The position numbers were made by a program, and so were the translations under genes. DNA of 64,000 nt from assembly GCA_041598875.1 (NCBI GenBank), contig JBFHXP010000001.1, positions 26,179-90,178 on the forward strand, read 5' to 3'. The DNA comes from Desulfobulbales bacterium (GTDB lineage Bacteria > Desulfobacterota > Desulfobulbia > Desulfobulbales > BM004). Shown in pieces: positions 11,828 to 19,165 of this stretch; the stretch's first letter is position 1, and every line of letters starts with the position of its first letter. The notes beneath the pieces were generated by a model that saw nothing but the letters and a program-made list of their open reading frames with translations, had not been told where the DNA came from and ran no database searches.

Positions 11828-12333
11828 TATCTGTGCCCCCCCTCAAAGACCCAGGCCACCCGCCTCTCCATCTCGCTCATGTTTTCACTTGCAAGGTCCC
11901 CGGCAGCCTGACCACTGATCGCGTGAATATAAAAAAGATCGTCATGGATACGGATGGTCACCGTGCCGGGGGTCAGGGTGATGGAGTTGGCAAGCACGAA
12001 TTTGGCAAAATCGGTTTTGAGCTTTGTCCGGAAGGTGAAAATATAGGGATCGATTTCCCGCCGCATGATCCGCGGCGAGATCGCCAGGGCGATAACATGA
12101 AAATTGGCCACCCCTATCTGCCAGAAGAGCCAGCCGCAATAAGGGATAAAACGAAACGCCTCCTGAAGCCGCGCTGCCAGCCCCTTTTTCCGTTCCTGGA
12201 AAAAAAGATCCGCGGAGAGCAGGGTCACGATCAGGCAGGAGACCCCCCCCAGCGCCAGGTGGAACAGGTCGAATTTACCGGACAACATGATCCAGGCGAC
12301 AAAAAAGATGATAAAGGTTGCTACTGAAAACAT
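11827..12333 (-). CDS. MrpE/MnhE subunit
   Basis: LANSITLTPGTVTI motif and N-terminal WIMLSG helix. First gene of the Mrp-like block. Confidence 0.85.
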   Translation of the reverse strand: MFSVATFIIFFVAWIMLSGKFDLFHLALGGVSCLIVTLLSADLFFQERKKGLAARLQEAFRFIPYCGWLFWQIGVANFHVIALAISPRIMRREIDPYIFTFRTKLKTDFAKFVLANSITLTPGTVTIRIHDDLFYIHAISGQAAGDLASENMSEMERRVAWVFEGGHR

Positions 12334-12410
12334 AGGCCACGCGGAAGTGAGGGTTTTATTTTCCTGTCATGATGAGCGTATCTATCGATTTCCTATGACT
12401 AAAATCCCAA

Positions 12411-13271
12411 TCAGTCAAGTATTATCTCTCTTTTCCGCTCTCCCTCATAGATAGAGGCGGTTTTGGCGACAATAAAATTGTTCTCAGGATTTTCCGCATC
12501 AGAGTCAACATTGATCCCGCCGATATACACCGCCTTGATCCCGCTTTCCCGGAGCAGGGAGTCAAAAACCCGGGAGCCAAGCTCAAGAAGCTTATCTGCG
12601 GCCGCTGCCATGGGATAGGGATTAGAGGATATCTCTTCAAGATAGGGCAGCAGCGCCTTTTCCACCTCATTCATCTCAAAATCACTGAGGTCGCGAAGAA
12701 CCTTTCCCGCCTTGCGATCCTTGTGCCGGGCAAGGACCCCGGCAAGAAGGCCGCATGACGAACCGGGTTTCTGCATCCCATACCTGTCGGTCAACCCAAG
12801 GGTCTCTTGCGAGTCACAGCCGACATGGGTCGCGTGCACCACCACGGTCCATTGGTTCTCTTTGACTTCCGGGATATGGTGCGATGGCGGCCCGAGGCTC
12901 TCCACGCTGCGGCCGGCCGGATAGGCGCCAAAGGCGTTGAGATCAAACCAGCCGGAACTCTTGCCAACCCCAGCCAGCAAGGAACCGAGCCGATCCTGGT
13001 TGTCATCTCGACATAAGCATTTTATACCCAGGGCGTTTTCCCCCAGACTGATTCCCTCATTATCAAGGGTTCGCTGGAGAAGAGAAACAAAGTCCGCATA
13101 GGTATACAACGCCCCTTCGCCTGAAAAGGCGTCCTTGATTTTTATTGCCGGATTTTCTCTGTTTTTTTGCATTCCACACCCCGTAATAGTGTATTCACTT
13201 TCTTTGCGGCTCACTGACTGCAATTCAAGGCTGCAAGCCGCATTCTTTTTTAACTCATTGTTATTTTGCAA
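12411..13271 (-). CDS. Soluble Cys/His-rich protein of unknown function (possible metalloenzyme)
   Basis: No TM helices and no family recognised with confidence. Conserved-looking motifs are IKCLCRDD, VVVHATHVGCD and GSSCGLL. The likely real start is M34 (ATG at 13172), because the first 33 codons are AT-rich and atypical. Confidence 0.6.
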   Translation of the reverse strand: MQNNNELKKNAACSLELQSVSRKESEYTITGCGMQKNRENPAIKIKDAFSGEGALYTYADFVSLLQRTLDNEGISLGENALGIKCLCRDDNQDRLGSLLAGVGKSSGWFDLNAFGAYPAGRSVESLGPPSHHIPEVKENQWTVVVHATHVGCDSQETLGLTDRYGMQKPGSSCGLLAGVLARHKDRKAGKVLRDLSDFEMNEVEKALLPYLEEISSNPYPMAAAADKLLELGSRVFDSLLRESGIKAVYIGGINVDSDAENPENNFIVAKTASIYEGERKREIILD

Positions 13272-13298
13272 CTATTCTGCTGCGCACCCTAAACTGGG

Positions 13299-14789
13299 TT
13301 AAACTGCAGGCAGATAGACCTGCATGCCCATGAGCGGCCAGACGAACTGGACCGCAATCCAGGTAATAACCATCAGTATTATGCTTGCCGGAACTCCGTA
13401 CATAAAGAATTCACCGGTGGTGAACTGCTTGGAGTTGTAGGCAATGGCATTGGGCGCCGCGCCAACCAGCAGCAGAAAGGGCATACCCGCCACCACCAGG
13501 GAGGAGAAGAGAATTACCTCGCCGGCAACGCCAAGATAGGGAGCGATAACCAGGGCCACCGGCAGGGAGATGGCAATGGCCGCCACGTTCATGATGAAGT
13601 TGGTCATCATCATGACGAAAAAGGCCATGCCGAGGATAAAAACAATTGCCGGGGCGCTCTGGAACAGGGTGAGCCAGTTGACCGCCATCCACTTGGCGGC
13701 CCCGGTCTCCCAGAGGCAGAAGCCAATGGACATGGCGCCGGCAAAGAGCAGAATAATGTTCCAGGGGATCTCTTCCAGGTCATTGATATCCAGGATATTG
13801 ACAATAAAGAACAGGATGGTGGAGCAGAGAAGGATACCTGTCTTGTCAAGAGGTTCGAGTGCGGGAACAAAGGCCTTGGCCGAGATGACCACGATGGTGG
13901 AGACAACGATAAAGGTGGCCATGATCTCTTTTTTGGACCAGGAGCCAAGCTCCCTGTACATCCTCTTGGCCTTTTCCTTCAGCCCTGGGATCGATTCCCT
14001 CTCAGGCTTGCAGACAAACATGAAAAATCCCCACAGGGCAAAGGTCATGCCCCAGCCGATGGGGAACATGTAATAGGTGAGTTCGAAAAAGCTGATATCG
14101 ACATTGGTGATATCCTTGTAGAAACCAAGGGCCACGGCGCCGCGGGCCGCGCCCAGCAGGGTGATGATACTGCCGGCGCCGGCCACGTAGGCCATGCCCA
14201 TGAACAACCCCTTGCCGAACTTGGTGGGCCCGGTTTCTTCGGAATAGAGGGCGTAAATCGCCATCAGCAAAGGAAACATGGTGGCAGCGACCGCGGTGTG
14301 GGCCATGATGTGGGTGAGCGCCGCGGTCAGCACAAAACAGCCGAGATAGATCATTGAGGTCTTCTCGCCGACAATGGAGAGCATTTTATAGGCAATGCGT
14401 TTGGTCAAGCCGGTCTTGGTGAAGACCATGCCGATAACAATGGAGCCGAAAATAAAGAGAACCGAGGGATCCATGAAATCCTTGAAGGCAACCTTGGCCG
14501 GGCGGATGAAAAACAGGGCCTGGACCATGCCGATGGTCAGGCTGGTGACACCGATCGGCACCACCTCGAAAACCCACCAGGTGGCGGCAAGAAGAAAGAG
14601 GGCGATGGCCCCCTTGCCTTCCATGGTCAGGAGAAAATGCTCACCCATGGGATCAACCGCATCGGGCCACAGGGGTGAATAATAGACAACGCAAAACAGC
14701 ACAACTCCCGTTACCAGGAAGATGGCCCGCTTCAAATCAAAGGGCGTCTTTTCCATAGCCACCCCCACTTCTGTCTGTGATTTTGTCAT
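13299..14789 (-). CDS. DASS/SLC13 family anion:cation symporter
   Basis: 496-aa polytopic protein. N-terminal segment ATWWVFEVVPIGVTSL and C-terminal segment GAAPNAIAYNS match the hairpin-loop motifs typical of SLC13/DASS permeases. Confidence 0.85.
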   Translation of the reverse strand: MTKSQTEVGVAMEKTPFDLKRAIFLVTGVVLFCVVYYSPLWPDAVDPMGEHFLLTMEGKGAIALFLLAATWWVFEVVPIGVTSLTIGMVQALFFIRPAKVAFKDFMDPSVLFIFGSIVIGMVFTKTGLTKRIAYKMLSIVGEKTSMIYLGCFVLTAALTHIMAHTAVAATMFPLLMAIYALYSEETGPTKFGKGLFMGMAYVAGAGSIITLLGAARGAVALGFYKDITNVDISFFELTYYMFPIGWGMTFALWGFFMFVCKPERESIPGLKEKAKRMYRELGSWSKKEIMATFIVVSTIVVISAKAFVPALEPLDKTGILLCSTILFFIVNILDINDLEEIPWNIILLFAGAMSIGFCLWETGAAKWMAVNWLTLFQSAPAIVFILGMAFFVMMMTNFIMNVAAIAISLPVALVIAPYLGVAGEVILFSSLVVAGMPFLLLVGAAPNAIAYNSKQFTTGEFFMYGVPASIILMVITWIAVQFVWPLMGMQVYLPAV

Positions 14790-14837
14790 GGCATCTACAC
14801 CTCATTCTTATAGAAATAATTTGTTGCAATTAGTGAG

Positions 14838-15380
14838 TTACAGCCTGCACCGGGTGCTGATTCCCTTGAATATCTCCTCGAGCCGGATGACACCGACAAC
14901 GGCCTCTTCCTCAAGAACCGGCAAGATAACCTCATTGGTGCTGAGCATGATGGACAGGGCCTTCAAGAGAGGGTCGCCCCCCTTGACAATGTGCCGTATC
15001 GGAGTCAAAAACGTCTTGATCGCCTTGCCGGACTGCCGGGAACAGCCCTCAAAAAAGGAGTCCTCCCACATGATTGTCAGATTGGGAAAATCAGTCCCCT
15101 TTCCTTCAAACTTTTTGACCTTTGCAAGTTCGACCAGCCGGGAGTCAAGCCCCATCAGTATGCTCTGCAGATTGATACGGCCGACCAGCTTGTTCTGATC
15201 ATTAATAACCAAGATCTCGGAATACCTGAGGCGCTCGTTTTCACCGCAGGTGTATGCCATGATCACCTGCACGGCATCGTGGATCGTCTGGTTCTCGTTT
15301 AAATGGGGGTACCTCTCCAGGGGAATAGTATAACGCCTGACAACCGGATTATCTGCGCTCACAAGCAACCTCCTTCTCAA
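14838..15380 (-). CDS. CBS domain pair protein
   Basis: 180 aa with two CBS-like segments (..ILVINDQNKLVGRINLQSIL.. and ..VILPVLEEEAVVGVIRLEEIF..). No other domain. Confidence 0.8.
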   Translation of the reverse strand: MRRRLLVSADNPVVRRYTIPLERYPHLNENQTIHDAVQVIMAYTCGENERLRYSEILVINDQNKLVGRINLQSILMGLDSRLVELAKVKKFEGKGTDFPNLTIMWEDSFFEGCSRQSGKAIKTFLTPIRHIVKGGDPLLKALSIMLSTNEVILPVLEEEAVVGVIRLEEIFKGISTRCRL

Positions 15381-15529
15381 TAAATATGGTGTCGAGTTAA
15401 ACTCTGTGGTGTTTTTTCATGATCTGCCGGCCGCCCAGGACGCACCTTTCCACTGCCGGGTTGATTCAGGCTACTGAACAACCCTGCGATCAGGGGACTG
15501 CAAAACGGTTTTCTGGATTTACGGCTGAC

Positions 15530-15970
15530 CTACCAGCTCTTGCTTTTGAGTATCTTCTTCACTTCTTCTTCACGCCCCTTTTCCACAACCACCATCCGCT
15601 TGTTCTTGGCCTGGCTGATCTTCTCGAGCAGCACATTCAAGTCAACCGGCTTTTCAAGGAAATCCTCGGCGCCGAGCTTCATCGCCTCGATGCCGGTTTT
15701 TACCGTGGCATGGCCGGTGAGCATGATAATCTCGAGATCAGGGCGGCTTTCCTTGATCCGCCTCAGGGTCTCAATGCCGTCGATTCCCGGCATTGCGAGG
15801 TCGACAACAATGGCGTCAAAATTCTTCTCCTTGGCCTGCTCAATGGCATCCTCTCCGCTGGTCACCGCGTTTACCTTGAGGCCACGGGTTTCCAGGCGCT
15901 GGGAAAGCGCATCCAAAAATTGCTCCTCATCATCAACCAGCAATACACTGGCCTCAATTTTTTCAGCCAT
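15530..15970 (-). CDS. Stand-alone response-regulator receiver
   Basis: Canonical receiver residues: LLVDDEE, VVDLAMPGIDG, MLTGHAT, LEKPVD. No output domain. Confidence 0.9.
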   Translation of the reverse strand: MAEKIEASVLLVDDEEQFLDALSQRLETRGLKVNAVTSGEDAIEQAKEKNFDAIVVDLAMPGIDGIETLRRIKESRPDLEIIMLTGHATVKTGIEAMKLGAEDFLEKPVDLNVLLEKISQAKNKRMVVVEKGREEEVKKILKSKSW

Positions 15971-15979
15971 TACAGTCTC

Positions 15980-16447
15980 CTATTTAGTATCTTCTTTTTT
16001 ATCGAGAAAATTCCGGGCCATATCCGGTTCACCGGCCTCGGCAAAGGCCGCGGCAGCCATGGTGTCCTGAATTTTATCCCGATACGCGTCTTTTATGGAT
16101 TTGACCAGATGATCGATATCAACCGGTTTTTTGATATAATCATATATGCCGATCCGCCGGGCCTCATCCTCATCCCGGTCCGACCCATGCCCGGTCAGAA
16201 TAATCACCCTGATGTCAGGAAATTTTTTCTTGACCCGCCGCAAGACCTCGATGCCGTCGATGCCGGGCATCTTAAGATCGAGCACCATCACGTCCGGCTC
16301 CCTGTCGTCGACAAAACTCAAGGCCTGCTCGCCGTCAAAGACGGTCTCGTTTTCCAGGTCCCGCATCTGCAGCCGCTCAGACAGGGTCTTAACAAACTCC
16401 TGCTCATCATCAACAAGCAATACCTTCATCTTAGCCATGTTTTCCAC
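15980..16447 (-). CDS. Stand-alone receiver with a C-terminal FAEAGE-type tail motif
   Basis: Canonical receiver residues: LLVDDEQ, VLDLKMPGIDG, ILTGHGS, IKKPVD. The tail reads IQDTMAAAAFAEAGEPDMARNFL. The start is likely M4 or M7. Confidence 0.9.
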   Translation of the reverse strand: MENMAKMKVLLVDDEQEFVKTLSERLQMRDLENETVFDGEQALSFVDDREPDVMVLDLKMPGIDGIEVLRRVKKKFPDIRVIILTGHGSDRDEDEARRIGIYDYIKKPVDIDHLVKSIKDAYRDKIQDTMAAAAFAEAGEPDMARNFLDKKEDTK

Positions 16448-16979
16448 CCGTTTGCTCGTCAGGATTCTTTTCTTTTGACCGAAGACCGTCGTCGTCCCGG
16501 TCCATTATTTCCCTGGCGGAGTCATACTCCCCGGCCTGGGCAAAGGTGGCAGCCATCATTGCCCCTTCAAATATATCCAGCAATGACCGTTTCCGGCCCT
16601 TCTTCTTCAGCGCCTTCCGCCGCTCGACCGCTTCCTGGATTTTCTCCCGCAGAGTACGGATATCAAAAGGCACCATCAGTTCATCCGAGGCACCTTCACG
16701 CATACCCTCCATGGCATACGGCACACTCTCCGGGCTGCTCAAGAGGATTATCTCAATCCCCGGCTCTTCCTTTTTCAGGCTCTTGAGAAGCCTGATCGAA
16801 TCAGCGCCCTGATCCCGGATATCAAGAACCGCCACATCAATTTTCCGGCCCGAACTGATTTCAAGCGCTTCAAACTGATTGGCGGCGCTGATTATTTTAC
16901 CCTGGACAAGACCTATCCTGCTGACCAGATTCTGGAGAAACTGGGAATCGGCCATTACGATTAAGATTAAAGGGGACAT
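16431..16979 (-). CDS. Degenerate receiver-domain protein with a C-terminal FAEAGE-type tail motif
   Basis: Receiver fold with phospho-Asp context VAVLDIRD and ILLSS. The acidic pair is weakened (MAD) and the conserved Lys is replaced (MVPFD). The tail reads IFEGAMMAATFAQAGEYDSAREIM. Confidence 0.8.
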   Translation of the reverse strand: MSPLILIVMADSQFLQNLVSRIGLVQGKIISAANQFEALEISSGRKIDVAVLDIRDQGADSIRLLKSLKKEEPGIEIILLSSPESVPYAMEGMREGASDELMVPFDIRTLREKIQEAVERRKALKKKGRKRSLLDIFEGAMMAATFAQAGEYDSAREIMDRDDDGLRSKEKNPDEQTGGKHG

Positions 16980-17044
16980 GACACAGACCTTCTTCGTGTT
17001 GGTCCTCTTCCATGACTATACCCACCACACCGACCGGAAACCAC

Positions 17045-17332
17045 TCAGCAATCAATGGTCCCAAAGGCAAGATGCGCACCCGGAATCCCCAGCTCACTGA
17101 AGTCGCTGCGAGAAGAACCGCGGCCCTTCTCCCTGGGCTCAATCATGTTCAACGCCTCATTATAGAGTCCGGACTCGGCAAAGGTCACTGCCGTGAAAAT
17201 CTTATCGAACCAGGTAATGTTCGCGGTTCGCCGGACCTCCGGCATGATCTCCCTGGCGGTGTCCCACTCTCCTGCCTCGGCAAAAGTCACGGCCATCATC
17301 ATATCCTGGATTTTTTTTAAGGTCTTTTTCAT
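17045..17332 (-). CDS. 95-aa protein made of two FAEAGE-type motif copies
   Basis: First ORF downstream of the sigma54 promoter. It contains IQDMMMAVTFAEAGEWDTAREIM and WFDKIFTAVTFAESGLYNEALNMI. The motif DNA is about 75% identical to the copy in the next gene. Confidence 0.6.
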   Translation of the reverse strand: MKKTLKKIQDMMMAVTFAEAGEWDTAREIMPEVRRTANITWFDKIFTAVTFAESGLYNEALNMIEPREKGRGSSRSDFSELGIPGAHLAFGTIDC

Positions 17333-17398
17333 GGCAGGCCTCCTGTGGTGTACTGTGTACTCGGAACCATCATTCCTCTTGACTTCACTATAGTACTA

Positions 17399-17413
17399 GC
17401 AAAAGGTGTGCCA
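17399..17413 (-). promoter_or_regulatory. Sigma54 (RpoN) -24/-12 promoter
   Basis: The minus strand reads TGGCACACCTTTTGC, a near-perfect match to TGGCAC-N5-TTGC. It lies 66 nt upstream of the 95-aa ORF start. An AT-rich tract just upstream (17414-17450) could be an IHF site. The bEBP gene is adjacent. Confidence 0.75.
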
Positions 17414-17787
17414 AATTATTTAAACGAGTAAATTCAGTATATTAAAATATTTGGGGCCAATCGCCCCCCCGCCCCAGAAATACAAAAGGAAACGAATTGA
17501 AACAAAACAGAAAGGTGGTGCCGCCCCAAGGTTAGCTAATCTTTTTAGATATCAGTATGTTGTCCACTTCTTACAGCACGATCGAGGGCAAACCGACCCC
17601 AAACGACACACATTGACACATAATGAAACAAGACAGGTTGTCTCGTGGGAATTGAATGCGTCCACCCGACACCACTCCCCGGGTTTCATGGTGGAGTCAC
17701 AATTTTCCCCCGAGACCGCGGACTGCGAGCACTTTTACCGCAGCCATCTCTTCGATATTCCGGGGATAGAGTTTTTTCGGCACTGAT

Positions 17788-19158
17788 TCAGGTTTTTTCA
17801 TCCCGAAAGGAGTGCAGGTCAATCCCATGTCGATTGATCTTGTCATACAGGCTTTTTCTCGAAATCATCAGGGCCTTATGGGTGGCGATGACCTGGCCCT
17901 TGTGCGCACGCAGCGCGGCAATAATATGATTCTTTTCCGCCTCATCCACCGCCTGCCGCAGAGGGACCGGCTGACCCGCGCGGGACTCCGGCCCTGTTGC
18001 CGAACCTGTTTCATCTGCCCCGGAAAGCGCATCGCGGTAAACACACAGCCTTCTTATATGGTTTTTAAACTCCCGGACATTTCCCGGCCACTCCCGTCTG
18101 CACAAACGATTCACGGACACGGAGTCAAAAGAGGCCGGATCCATGCCGTACTCCTTGCAGAAATGATGCAACAGAAGGGGTATGTCCGACAGCCGCTCCC
18201 GCAGGGGCGGGACTGTAATCGGCAGCACATTCAGCCGGAAATAGAGATCCTGGCGGAAACGCCCGGCCCCTATCTCGCTGGCAAGAACACTGTTTGTCGC
18301 CGACAGGATCCGCGCCCGCACCGGGGTGGGGGTATTTGCCCCAAGGCGGGTGACCGCCCGATCCTCCAGGACCCGGAGGAGCTTTGCCTGCAGGCCCACG
18401 GGCATGCTGCATATCTCATCAAGAAAAATCGTGCCTTTGCCGGCATATTCAAACTTACCCATCTTGGCCAGCCCGGCCCCGGTGAAGGCCCCTTTTTCAT
18501 GGCCGAACAGCTCCGCCTCGAGCATTTCCGTGGGTATTGCCCCCATGTTGACGGCAACAAAGGGCCCTTCACTCCGTGTTGACAGATTATGAATGGCCCG
18601 GGCCACCAGCTCCTTGCCGGTACCGGTCTCACCGGAAATCAGGACCGGGTCATCTTCCCGTGCCACGATCTCGATGGTGTCATAAAGACGCCGCATCAAA
18701 TGGTGGCCGCCGACAAGACCGTTAAAGCTGAAACGCGCCCCCCGGACCCGTTCCAGCTGGCGGCAGAGCCCCCGGTTATCGAGAACCAGCCGCATCTTTT
18801 CCACTGCCCGGGAAAGGGCGCCTAAAAGGATCTCCTCGTCCACCGGCTTTTCGAGAAAATCGTATGCCCCGTTCTTCATCGCCTTGACCGCCATATCGAC
18901 ATCACCGTGGCCGGTCACCATGATCACCGGCAGATCACGATCCTGGACCCTGGTCCGCTGTAAAAATTCCAGTCCATCAATCAGGGGCATCTTGATGTCG
19001 GCGATCACCGCGAGATAGACGCCGGAGGAAAGCGAGGCCAGGGCCTCGGCCGGGGTGCTGAAACTGTCGACCTCATACCCGTGCATGGTGAGGGTCTGAT
19101 GTATGGCAATGAGCAGATACGTGTCATCGTCGACCACCAGTATTTTTCCGATTTTCAT
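17788..19158 (-). CDS. NtrC-family sigma54-dependent response regulator (REC-AAA+-Fis HTH)
   Basis: Receiver (ILVVDDD, IADIKMP), AAA+ Walker A GETGTGKE, GAFTGA loop, and a C-terminal HTH. The start is chosen at MKIGKIL (19158), giving a 7-nt gap after the kinase gene. Confidence 0.9.
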   Translation of the reverse strand: MKIGKILVVDDDTYLLIAIHQTLTMHGYEVDSFSTPAEALASLSSGVYLAVIADIKMPLIDGLEFLQRTRVQDRDLPVIMVTGHGDVDMAVKAMKNGAYDFLEKPVDEEILLGALSRAVEKMRLVLDNRGLCRQLERVRGARFSFNGLVGGHHLMRRLYDTIEIVAREDDPVLISGETGTGKELVARAIHNLSTRSEGPFVAVNMGAIPTEMLEAELFGHEKGAFTGAGLAKMGKFEYAGKGTIFLDEICSMPVGLQAKLLRVLEDRAVTRLGANTPTPVRARILSATNSVLASEIGAGRFRQDLYFRLNVLPITVPPLRERLSDIPLLLHHFCKEYGMDPASFDSVSVNRLCRREWPGNVREFKNHIRRLCVYRDALSGADETGSATGPESRAGQPVPLRQAVDEAEKNHIIAALRAHKGQVIATHKALMISRKSLYDKINRHGIDLHSFRDEKT

Positions 19159-19165
19159 ACATCCA

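Noticed and set aside
15419-16786. 455-aa ORF on the plus strand spanning the three receiver genes
   Set aside because: It is antisense to three well-supported receiver CDS. Its translation is low-complexity (Leu/Pro/Gly/His-rich) with no motifs, which is typical of a spurious long antisense ORF in high-GC DNA.
17451-17786. 111-aa plus-strand ORF in the intergenic region upstream of the sigma54 promoter
   Set aside because: It has no RBS and an odd composition. It overlaps the region expected to hold IHF and enhancer sites for the minus-strand sigma54 promoter, so it is more plausibly regulatory DNA.
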